Virus record (IMG/VR): IMGVR_UViG_3300045943_000001
Coordinates: 1 to 64,000 of that record
From: a virus
Length of the DNA stretch: 64,000 bases
Reading direction: 5' to 3' (one strand)
The notes beneath the pieces are model-generated. The model had not been told where the DNA came from. It ran no database searches and saw only the letters and a program-made list of their open reading frames with translations. Of this stretch, positions 42,179 through 50,572 are shown in pieces (position 1 is the first letter of the stretch; the number at the start of each line of letters is the position of its first letter). The position numbers and the translations under genes are program-made.

Positions 42179-42772
42179 ATGTCTGTTATCGTACATGAAA
42201 AGAAAACCCTGGCGAGTCTTCCTACGTTCACCGACTTTCCTGATTTTACTGATCATCCTAATGTCGCTGATCTCGCTGAAAAGTCATCCGCAGTTGGTAT
42301 GGATTTAGAAGATGTAAAGACCTTTATGGAAAGCTACATACGCGGTGAGCTCGTTCACAATCCTAAACTGGAAATTTGGGCACCACTGAAGTATTACTGG
42401 ACCAACGGTGTTACACTGACAACCGATACGGTTATGGTATCAATCAAAGGCGCCTTAGCTTACGAGGTTGATGGTGATCTTCATATCAACTACGGTGAAT
42501 CTGCTGATGGCGGTCCTCAGGTTTCCCTCAGTATTCTGGGTAACCAACATACCCTGCAAGTTGCGCGCGCAGTGGCTTCAACTTTCTTGTCGTTGCCAGA
42601 TATCTACAAAGGTATCGAACCTGCCGAACTGCAAGTTATTCATCTGGATGGTCAGTCACATCAATGCCATTTGTTGAACCTGGAATGGAAATTGAATAAA
42701 CCAGAAGCCGAAGCAGACGTAATTGAGAAAACAGTAAAACTTCTCAATACTGATCTTCCAACTGAAGAGTGA
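42179..42772 (+). CDS. HNH homing-endonuclease-like protein (NUMOD4-like N terminus plus HNH_3-like motif)
   Basis: aaaggag RBS. EIWAPLKYYWTNGV...VMVSIKGAL resembles NUMOD4. VIHLDGQSHQCHLLNLEW (42641-42688) resembles HxDGxxxNNxxxNLEW, but the Asn positions are substituted. Confidence 0.55.
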   Translation: MSVIVHEKKTLASLPTFTDFPDFTDHPNVADLAEKSSAVGMDLEDVKTFMESYIRGELVHNPKLEIWAPLKYYWTNGVTLTTDTVMVSIKGALAYEVDGDLHINYGESADGGPQVSLSILGNQHTLQVARAVASTFLSLPDIYKGIEPAELQVIHLDGQSHQCHLLNLEWKLNKPEAEADVIEKTVKLLNTDLPTEE

Positions 42773-42779
42773 TGTAGAA

Positions 42780-43262
42780 ATGTCCATAGCCAACTATACC
42801 AACCCTACATTCTCGGAAAAGTCTTTCCGAGAACTACTCAAAGACATGGGACAGCATAGTAAACATTTCTTTGGTACTGACAGAAAGAAACTTATACATG
42901 CATTTAAAAATATGGTCTATCATAGTTACTTTGGTAGAAACATATTTGATCAATCACCCCTATATGCATATGGGCAAGTGACTTTTAAACGAAGTGTGCT
43001 TCCTAATCCAATCACTTCTGGCGAATGGATAGAACAATATCGCATCAAGGCAGAATACCTTCCTATTTTGGATGCGGTATGTATACCACTTAAACCTAAT
43101 ATCGAACGTGATATTATTGATGCCCGGATAGTCATTTCGGCTCCCACGTATGGTCCGGTACAACATGCTATTCAAATTAAGATGAGTAACTCGCGATATT
43201 GGGGAACTTTTTATTGTAGTCCGGCCACAGTAAGAGATGCCATTAAATCTCTTTTACTTTAG
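42780..43262 (+). CDS. hypothetical protein (160 aa)
   Basis: ATG 8 nt after the upstream stop. Terminator at 43283. Confidence 0.65.
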   Translation: MSIANYTNPTFSEKSFRELLKDMGQHSKHFFGTDRKKLIHAFKNMVYHSYFGRNIFDQSPLYAYGQVTFKRSVLPNPITSGEWIEQYRIKAEYLPILDAVCIPLKPNIERDIIDARIVISAPTYGPVQHAIQIKMSNSRYWGTFYCSPATVRDAIKSLLL

Positions 43263-43282
43263 TCCCTTTAAATAAATTAACG

Positions 43283-43325
43283 CCTACTCTTCCGAAAGGA
43301 AGAGTAGGATTATTTGTTTTTTTTT
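43283..43325 (+). terminator. intrinsic terminator with long T run
   Basis: Stem cctactcttcc / ggaagagtagg, GAAA tetraloop, then attatttgTTTTTTTTT. Confidence 0.85.
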
Positions 43326-43401
43326 ATCTTAAAGAAACCGAAGTGAGTATCCTTATTGTAAGATTTTATGACTTAAACTTTTAATTTATTAAGGTAAACT
43401 C

Positions 43402-44175
43402 ATGAGTTACTCAGATATTGAACATTTTAGTAATATGATCTCCGGGTGTGAAAATATCAATGCAGGTGATTACAAATCAGGTAATTCCGTCTATGTTTTA
43501 TCGGTACTGAAGCTACATGCTAATGATGCAGGCATTTATGCAGGACAGGAAGGTTTCCTGGATGTAGTTAAGAAAGGCACCTCTAATATAAAGGAATGGA
43601 TCACCAAGTTAATTAATGCTATCCTTGATTTTGTTATTAAGGGCCGTAAACAACTGAGAGAAGCAGAAGAATATAGCGCAAAGTTACAAAAAGAAGCCGA
43701 AGAATCAGAGCGCCAAATTAATAACGAATTTGCTAACTATAAGCAAATATCCGATACTAGGAACCATAGGTTATCAATAGAAGGGTCCATCTTCAGCGAA
43801 GATATAGAAAAAATGATAAATTTTATTTTAGATTATAATTCTAAAATAATGGACGAACTAGAGAAAGCGGGAGTGGAAAATCTTCCCAATCTCACCAAAA
43901 CAATAAATAGCCTACAAAAGGCATTGCGTATCTCAAAAGAGGGAGATATCAGTAAAACTTTGTCGTCTCTAAGAGATGCGTCTGTTGATACATTTGGAGA
44001 TCTTGAAATTATAACCAAGATACTCAAATCACTCTCTATTGACAGTCCGAATACAGGTAAATCAGCAAAGATCCTTTCCGGAGTCTCAGAAAAATATGCA
44101 TCACTTTCTATCAAAATAGGAAATTTGGCCGATAAAATAAGTGAACATAAGGCATCAATTTGGGATGCTCAATAA
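43402..44175 (+). CDS. paralogous-family protein A (257 aa), possible processed head/internal protein
   Basis: The N-terminal 50 aa closely match 49885-50532 and end in AGQE (E50 at 43549-43551), followed by GFLDxVKKG. The rest is Lys/Glu-rich and helical-looking. Confidence 0.8.
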   Translation: MSYSDIEHFSNMISGCENINAGDYKSGNSVYVLSVLKLHANDAGIYAGQEGFLDVVKKGTSNIKEWITKLINAILDFVIKGRKQLREAEEYSAKLQKEAEESERQINNEFANYKQISDTRNHRLSIEGSIFSEDIEKMINFILDYNSKIMDELEKAGVENLPNLTKTINSLQKALRISKEGDISKTLSSLRDASVDTFGDLEIITKILKSLSIDSPNTGKSAKILSGVSEKYASLSIKIGNLADKISEHKASIWDAQ

Positions 44176-44186
44176 AATAAGATTAA

Positions 44187-44215
44187 CTCTACTCTCCCAA
44201 TTTGGGAGAGTAGAG
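44187..44215. terminator. bidirectional terminator between convergent genes
   Basis: Stem ctctactctcccaa / ttgggagagtagag. Confidence 0.7.
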
Positions 44216-44223
44216 TATCTTTG

Positions 44224-45534
44224 TTATCTTAAAATTTGCTCTAAAGTCATGGTAATGGTTTTCAGCTGAGAAACGTGCATCGCCTTCATCCTGGTTAACA
44301 TGAACTGAGTAAAGATGTAAACTGTCTCAGCGGATACACGCGTTTCAATAGCGCCCAATTTATTACCGGCACAGGTCTTACACAGGTTATCTTCGGGCTG
44401 TTGACAAAACTGAGGAACGCGCATGTTTACAACTTTACCGATTAAGTCTGTATCACCTTTGTTAATAACCACCGGAGCGCCATCAACCAGATGGAATCCA
44501 CCCACCCAACCTTTGAAGTTATGCTTGGTGAGTTTTACTGACTCAGTACGCGGTGAACCACAATCCTGACCACCGATCATAATACGGTTGGTTAGAAGAA
44601 TCGCTACCTTAACTTCTGCTCCACCTTCACCGGTTGCATTACCACGGTCAAAGGAGGCAGAGATTGCGGTGTTGATGTATTCCGGATAATGGTCTTTGTC
44701 CCAACCTTCGTTGAGTGACTTCCTGAGAAGCTGGTACTTACCTGTATTAAAATCAGGAACCATATCAAAGATGATAAACATCTTCTTACGGGCGTTATCA
44801 ATAAACTTACCATTAATAAAGAAGTCTGCCGAAGGTCCCGCATATTGGATTTTGGCATCGAGTGCAATAACTTCATCAATAGCCAAAGCGACGGCAGTAG
44901 GGTCATCAAGCTTACCATTATCTTCCAGTTCCTTTAAGAGTTTATCACGTAAAGCAATAACCTCTGGATGAACGGTCAGAACATCAATAGAAGACGCTTT
45001 AACAAAGACGTTGTTCATGCCCTCTAAGTAATCCAATTGCTTGGTTACTTTCAGGCAATCATCTACTGACGCTTTACCTTCAGGAACAGGATTTCCCGGC
45101 GTTGGGTTATCAACCATCAAGCTATCAATGACACCCATGATAGTGCCGCCACTGATGCGACCGTTGATATAACTGGTTCGAGTTCCAAAGGACTCATACA
45201 TCACAACAATGTTAGTTAAGAGAATACCAATAGTGGTTTCAGTTTTCTCTTTAACAAAATCGAGCACATCCAGTTCAACAGTAATCGGGTCGTTCTTATA
45301 GAAGAGAGGACGATCAAAGTTATCATGGCCTTCAATAACCACTCTCTCTTTATTCTCATTGATAAAGTAGAGTTCCTTCTTCTCTTTGTCACGGAATACG
45401 GCGTAAGGAGCCTCACTCAACTTCTTGTTGTTGTTTGGAGTATCATGCACCAAACTGAAGACAGAAAGGAGAAAGGTCTTTTTGGTGTATGCCCGATTCT
45501 TCAATGCAAGAAACAGGAAATCAAGCTTATGCAT
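44224..45534 (-). CDS. second RNAP beta-prime fragment (region F to trigger loop), likely from the other (virion?) RNAP
   Basis: SASFDRGNATGEGGAEVKVAILLTNRIMIGGQDCGS resembles [26 protein letters not shown]..DCG. It also has CKTCAG and IFTQFMLTRMKAMH (trigger-loop-like). This is the same region as in 34509-36530 but a different sequence. Confidence 0.75.
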   Translation of the reverse strand: MHKLDFLFLALKNRAYTKKTFLLSVFSLVHDTPNNNKKLSEAPYAVFRDKEKKELYFINENKERVVIEGHDNFDRPLFYKNDPITVELDVLDFVKEKTETTIGILLTNIVVMYESFGTRTSYINGRISGGTIMGVIDSLMVDNPTPGNPVPEGKASVDDCLKVTKQLDYLEGMNNVFVKASSIDVLTVHPEVIALRDKLLKELEDNGKLDDPTAVALAIDEVIALDAKIQYAGPSADFFINGKFIDNARKKMFIIFDMVPDFNTGKYQLLRKSLNEGWDKDHYPEYINTAISASFDRGNATGEGGAEVKVAILLTNRIMIGGQDCGSPRTESVKLTKHNFKGWVGGFHLVDGAPVVINKGDTDLIGKVVNMRVPQFCQQPEDNLCKTCAGNKLGAIETRVSAETVYIFTQFMLTRMKAMHVSQLKTITMTLEQILR

Positions 45535-46402
45535 TTAACTTCACCTTCTTCATGATGGCCATTGCTTTATAAGCTTCTTCAATGGTAGTTGTTTGACTTT
45601 CGACTAAAGAACTGAACTGTCCTTCAATCTGAGAATCGGTCAATGAAGAAATCAACATCAATGACAAGACATTGGTCAAATACTTATAGGGGTCTGTCAC
45701 GAGATTATTGGCAAGTTCACTCATGAAGACCTTTAAATAACCATCTACAGGTTGTCCTAAGCCACCACCATCGATGATGTGCTGTCCGCCACAGGTTCCA
45801 CCTAAGAACATTTTGTTGGCTTTGATGCGGTCTCTGATGGTGTGGTCGACATAAGTCGTATCATCCTCATCAATGATGTTCAGCCCAATCAAGATACCAC
45901 GCAGGGTATTAGCAGAAACCTCTTTTATGAAATAGATCATATTACCCATTTCATATTGAGGCTGAGTGATTTCCACTATTTTAATGAATCGGTCTTTACA
46001 GTCTTGTTCTTCATCATTGAGGATTTCAACCAGACCCAACAGGTCAGTTAATCCATCAAATAGATAGATAGTATCTAACACACTTTTCAGCTCAGATAAA
46101 CTGTTCATTTCGATATAGTCTTTATCGATATAAATTCCCATCATCTGTAACGCATCGATGATTGTGTTAATAAACAGAAGTCTGACGTGTGCGATTAATT
46201 CTGACGTATCCAGTGATTCATCAATGAACAACTGGGTAAGGGTATTATCAATAAAACTTTCCGGAAATGAGATCGCAATTAAATTATACGACTCATTGAA
46301 TAATGTAGCATGGTGAGGGGCTCTGACAATAAAGTCTTCCCACATCTCGCCCAAATTTTCCACACCCAGATCCACATTAGTGAGATCGATCATTTCTGAC
46401 AT
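45527..46402 (-). CDS. hypothetical acidic protein (291 aa)
   Basis: Upstream partner of the beta-prime fragment in a two-gene minus-strand operon. 8-nt overlap. Confidence 0.75.
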   Translation of the reverse strand: MSEMIDLTNVDLGVENLGEMWEDFIVRAPHHATLFNESYNLIAISFPESFIDNTLTQLFIDESLDTSELIAHVRLLFINTIIDALQMMGIYIDKDYIEMNSLSELKSVLDTIYLFDGLTDLLGLVEILNDEEQDCKDRFIKIVEITQPQYEMGNMIYFIKEVSANTLRGILIGLNIIDEDDTTYVDHTIRDRIKANKMFLGGTCGGQHIIDGGGLGQPVDGYLKVFMSELANNLVTDPYKYLTNVLSLMLISSLTDSQIEGQFSSLVESQTTTIEEAYKAMAIMKKVKLNA

Positions 46403-46436
46403 AGTTATTACCCATAATCTTTTTAGGAGTCATAAG

Positions 46437-47144
46437 ATGACCAAAGCAAAGAGTTCGCAAGCTCGCGCCAGCAAACGTAATGCCCGTGCTAAGGCCAAGA
46501 AAATTTCTGCCAATAAAGCGCGTACCGCACCCAGTGAATTACGTAAAAAGAACTTCCGCAGTTTATTAAGCGGTGATCGTTTAGAGTTTGATCAAGTGTT
46601 GGGTAATGTGGTGCGTGACATCAACCACCGCAAACAAACCGAAGCAACCTTTGAATCGATCCAAGACGTACTTGCTGGGTTGAAGCAGAATACCACCGAA
46701 GTATTCAAGCTCTACTCTTATATCACTCTGCTCAATGCTCTGATTAAAGAAAAACTTATCAACTTCACGTTGGTAGTTGATCTGAAAGCTATCTCTATCG
46801 ATTTGATTAGTATCGATAAGCGTATCCAGACCATGGCTAAACTTGTAGATGCTGATGAAGAAGAAGCGGTACTGACCGAAGCTCTCGATATCAGTAATAC
46901 ACTTCAAAACTACGCAGAAGAACTTTTTGCGGAAGTTTCTCGCAGTGAGACACACGCGCTGGTTATTGAAGAGTATATCTCTCGTTTAGCCGATGAGATT
47001 ACAGGTGTTGATGATGTCAACCAACGGCGCTACCAAGTTCTCGAGCGGATCGCCTATATCTATCTCGGAGAAGTTAAAGAAGAGATTGATCGTCAGAATA
47101 ATACTGCTCCTGCAACTGAAACTGCGGAAGCAGTTACAGAATAA
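46437..47144 (+). CDS. hypothetical protein (235 aa) with strongly basic N terminus
   Basis: ATG after aggag. The N terminus TKAKSSQARASKRNARAKAKKISANKAR is followed by an acidic helical region. Confidence 0.75.
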   Translation: MTKAKSSQARASKRNARAKAKKISANKARTAPSELRKKNFRSLLSGDRLEFDQVLGNVVRDINHRKQTEATFESIQDVLAGLKQNTTEVFKLYSYITLLNALIKEKLINFTLVVDLKAISIDLISIDKRIQTMAKLVDADEEEAVLTEALDISNTLQNYAEELFAEVSRSETHALVIEEYISRLADEITGVDDVNQRRYQVLERIAYIYLGEVKEEIDRQNNTAPATETAEAVTE

Positions 47145-47170
47145 CCCTTCTTGTCCACAGGAAATTGATA

Positions 47171-48814
47171 ATGTCCGAAGAAAAGTCCGATATTGAAAAA
47201 GGGATTGAAAAAGAAGCTGCATTACAAGTATTGCGCGCAGCCGTTATTAAAGAGCACGATGGTAGTTTTGATGGTACCGTCCTCCCGATCTTTGTAGGCG
47301 CAGTGGGTGAAGTTCACCATGCAATTTACAAGACGGCAGCAACTTACACCGCGCTGCGTAATGCAATCCAGGAAGAGCGCAAAGATAAACCTGACCGTCC
47401 AGCAGAAGGGCGCGATACAAAAGCACTGAAAGTCGCTTACGATGAGCTGGTAGCAGAGAACTTCCCAGAAATGGACGAAGATGAACTGACCGGCATGTTG
47501 ATCAACTATATGTCCTTTATTTATAAAGGTGTTGATCGCCTCTTGATGCGTGATGAAAACCGAGACATCGTTTTACAGGGTAATCTCTCTAACACGGTTC
47601 CAGGTAAAACACCAACCAGTCAGCGTATTGGTAGCATCAGTTCAGTCGTCCCGAGCAATGATAAGTCATTGCCTGTCCGGGACCGTATGCGCCGTAACTT
47701 ACGCGGAGGTAAAGGTGAACCTGAGACCTTTAACATCATCCTGCGTAATTCATTAATATTGTTGCGTGTTGAGATTCCTCTTCCGAGCGACCTGATCCGA
47801 CTGATGAACACTATCGCCACTCGTCTTCAAGATTATGGCGAACGTTTTAACATCACCGCACTTCACCTTGAACGTGCAGGTATTTCTGAAATCCTGGTTG
47901 ACTTTATCTTGGATCGAGTGAAATACCACAGCGTGAAAGACGTGGCTGACCATTATGAACTGAAACGTTACATTCTGGTTAACGACATTAATCCATTGGT
48001 GATGACTCTGTTATCTACCACTGCGCCGAAAGGTGTGGCGTACCGTGTTTACTGCACAGCAAATAAATGCGCGCACACAGAGGTTCAGATCGTCGACCCC
48101 ACAACAATGTTACTTCATGTTGAAGAGGATATGACCGAGGAACGTCGCACTATTCTTCATGAAATCACGAACAAAGCCCGTAAGCTGTCTCGCGAAGAGT
48201 TGAAAAAATATCAACCGGTTTATAAAGATCCAGAAGGTAAGGCTCTGGACCTGACGATACCAATTAGTGACTTCGGTCGTTATATTATTCAGGTTCCTTA
48301 TCTGGATGATTACTTTGATACATTTCATGCCATAAGTAATCGGATCAACCCTGAGCTTCGTCAGCTGGCCATTGACTTCCCAAGTGCAAAGCAGTTTAAG
48401 GAGAAACGTGCGGAATTCATGTCAGGTATTCGTGGTAGTGAATACCTTCAGTGGATTGGGGCGATGGAGATTGATCCTGAGCCAGGTAAAGAAGGGGAAA
48501 TTGAAGTCATTACTCGTGAAGAAGATCCACGCGGATTTGAACAAGGTCTGTTGGATAACTTCGGTGAAGATGAACAGCTATATATGGATGTCTTACAGAA
48601 GCTGATCAAATTCATTCCTCGAATGACTTTCAGTTACGTGGGGATCCCTAACGACGCATGTGGTTTCTGTAAGAAGAAAGCAGATGGTATCGATGACGAA
48701 CTGATCAAAGGCTTCACGCCTATTGACCCGATCATGAATTTTTTCGACCGTACCCGAATGATGATTGGTTCAAGGGAGAACGTAGCGAGTACTATCGAGG
48801 AAAATCTTTTCTAG
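47171..48814 (+). CDS. hypothetical protein (547 aa)
   Basis: ATG (MSEEKSD...) after agga. No motif recognised. Confidence 0.8.
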   Translation: MSEEKSDIEKGIEKEAALQVLRAAVIKEHDGSFDGTVLPIFVGAVGEVHHAIYKTAATYTALRNAIQEERKDKPDRPAEGRDTKALKVAYDELVAENFPEMDEDELTGMLINYMSFIYKGVDRLLMRDENRDIVLQGNLSNTVPGKTPTSQRIGSISSVVPSNDKSLPVRDRMRRNLRGGKGEPETFNIILRNSLILLRVEIPLPSDLIRLMNTIATRLQDYGERFNITALHLERAGISEILVDFILDRVKYHSVKDVADHYELKRYILVNDINPLVMTLLSTTAPKGVAYRVYCTANKCAHTEVQIVDPTTMLLHVEEDMTEERRTILHEITNKARKLSREELKKYQPVYKDPEGKALDLTIPISDFGRYIIQVPYLDDYFDTFHAISNRINPELRQLAIDFPSAKQFKEKRAEFMSGIRGSEYLQWIGAMEIDPEPGKEGEIEVITREEDPRGFEQGLLDNFGEDEQLYMDVLQKLIKFIPRMTFSYVGIPNDACGFCKKKADGIDDELIKGFTPIDPIMNFFDRTRMMIGSRENVASTIEENLF

Positions 48815-48840
48815 TAGATGAGAGGGAGTTACATCAACCA

Positions 48841-49263
48841 TTGGTTGATCAAGCATTGGAGTTGTTTGTTAAACACGCCAACGCGAAAGACTCCCTCACT
48901 CGCGCTATCATCAACCGGAAGATTGCTATGGTTATGCGGGGGTGGGTTGGGATCAATGATCCAGGTATCAATCAACTCAAGTATAACCATCAGCGAAGAG
49001 ATCTATTCCATCTCTGGTCTGCAAAGAGTTTTGGGCACACCTTCGGGATGCGGGAATACAGTAAACTCATGTCCATTAAAGAATATATGGAAATGCCAAT
49101 TGACATCATTGATGATCTTTTGGAAGGATATGGACGTGGAACTGAGGAATTAGCTAAATCTCGTGCTGCTGCCGCTAAGAAGGCAGCTGATGAGGCGAAG
49201 CGTGGTTCCTTGAGTGAATCAGAACTGGCGGCAATGGCTGCCGCTCAACGAGGAGATAAATGA
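48841..49263 (+). CDS. hypothetical protein (140 aa), TTG start
   Basis: gagggag lies about 13 nt upstream of the TTG. The sequence is protein-like, whereas the competing 48818 frame is Trp/Cys-rich and implausible. Confidence 0.6.
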   Translation: MVDQALELFVKHANAKDSLTRAIINRKIAMVMRGWVGINDPGINQLKYNHQRRDLFHLWSAKSFGHTFGMREYSKLMSIKEYMEMPIDIIDDLLEGYGRGTEELAKSRAAAAKKAADEAKRGSLSESELAAMAAAQRGDK

Positions 49264-49796
49264 TGGGCGATAATTTCACCCCACCAAAGATCGAAAAACG
49301 CGATAACGCGGTTCAGTTACAGGCAGATGCTGAACAACAGAATACGCAGCAAAATGAAAAGCGCACTGTTGAAGGCCCTGTTGATATCTATAAAAATGGC
49401 ATCGATGAAATCGTTCTGTTCCTGAAAGGCGAAATGGCTGCTGGTACATTGGACGAACGTCGTACCATGCAGAAGAGCATTATTCAGAACTGTAACGACA
49501 TGCTGGAACTGGATTATGCGCAGTGTAAAGAAGTATTGGATTACTTCCTGATCACTGTGGGTGAAAATCCCAATGTGTTCGAATGGTCAAACGTCTTGAA
49601 GCCGTTGAACGCCATTGAAGGTAAAATGAGTGCATCAGATATCACTCGCTACAAGCGTTTTATTCTGTTCATCTCGCTGCTGTCTGAACATGCTCGTACT
49701 CGTACGACCTTTACTCAGATGTTTGACATGACTAAATTTGAGTCAATGTTCCCAGAGAAAGCACGTCAAAATCTTCACACTTACGTGTTCCGTTAA
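49260..49796 (+). CDS. hypothetical protein (178 aa)
   Basis: ATGA overlap. Terminator at 49809. Confidence 0.75.
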   Translation: MMGDNFTPPKIEKRDNAVQLQADAEQQNTQQNEKRTVEGPVDIYKNGIDEIVLFLKGEMAAGTLDERRTMQKSIIQNCNDMLELDYAQCKEVLDYFLITVGENPNVFEWSNVLKPLNAIEGKMSASDITRYKRFILFISLLSEHARTRTTFTQMFDMTKFESMFPEKARQNLHTYVFR

Positions 49797-49808
49797 TATG
49801 TGAATATC

Positions 49809-49838
49809 CCTACCTTATCCTTCACGGGATAAGGTAGG
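49809..49838 (+). terminator. terminator hairpin
   Basis: Stem cctaccttatcc / ggataaggtagg, 6-nt loop. A T9 run lies 16 nt downstream (49855-49863). Confidence 0.65.
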
Positions 49839-49884
49839 ATACTTTGCATTATTCTTTTTTTTTCTTACCTTCAAGGAACGTCCC

Positions 49885-50532
49885 ATGAGCTTTTCAGATG
49901 TAGAACATTTTGATCTACTGGTTACAGGTTGCGAAGCAATCAGTGCCGGTGATCGTACCTCCAGCGATGCACGTTATGCATTCGCAGTATTAAAGTTACA
50001 AGCAGTTGATTTCGGAGCTCATGCAGGACAGGAGGGTTTCCTTGATCAAGTTAAGAAGGGCGCCTCCAATACCATGGAATTTGTGAAGAAACTGTTTGAA
50101 GCTATTAAGAAATGGTTCGCTGAGGTTTTTAAAACCAGCCGCGGTAAATTCAAGTCTTTCTTCTCAGGTAATGATGAAGAGAAAGAAAAGAAACTACAGG
50201 CCATTCGTGCAACGCTGATCACCAAAGTTGAAGCTGTCAAAAGCGGAGCCACTGGTACGCCAGAGGGTGTGGACAGCAAAGAAGTTATTGCCAAAGGTGA
50301 TAAGCTGATTGCTGCACTGAAAGAAGGTGTTCCGGCAGGTGTAGCATTGGGCATGGATGATTTCCTGACAGCTATCGATCGTCTCGAAAAGAAATTCGTC
50401 AGTTATGTAGGAAGCAAAACGCCTAAGGGAACCGAACCACATGCCGAGTATAACAAAGCAGTGCAAGCGTTCAAAAAGTTCTCTACGCCGGTTAACGCTA
50501 TGACTGTCTATATCGATAGTCTGAACAAATAA
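49885..50532 (+). CDS. paralogous-family protein B (215 aa), possible processed head/internal protein
   Basis: MSFSDVEHFDLLVTGCEAISAGD...VLKLQAVDFGAHAGQE/GFLDQVKKG parallels 43402-44175. E50 at 50032-50034. Confidence 0.8.
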   Translation: MSFSDVEHFDLLVTGCEAISAGDRTSSDARYAFAVLKLQAVDFGAHAGQEGFLDQVKKGASNTMEFVKKLFEAIKKWFAEVFKTSRGKFKSFFSGNDEEKEKKLQAIRATLITKVEAVKSGATGTPEGVDSKEVIAKGDKLIAALKEGVPAGVALGMDDFLTAIDRLEKKFVSYVGSKTPKGTEPHAEYNKAVQAFKKFSTPVNAMTVYIDSLNK

Positions 50533-50538
50533 CATAAT

Positions 50539-50566
50539 CTCCTACTTACCCAAGGGTAAGTAGGAG
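50539..50566. terminator. bidirectional terminator between convergent genes
   Basis: Stem ctcctacttaccc / gggtaagtaggag. Confidence 0.7.
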
Positions 50567-50572
50567 TATGCT

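Noticed and set aside
48818-49153. 111-aa ORF in an alternative frame with an ATG start and the same gagggag RBS region
   Set aside because: Its translation is Trp/Cys/Leu-rich and looks non-protein-like. The overlapping 140-aa frame (TTG start) looks like a real protein and couples (ATGA) to the next gene.
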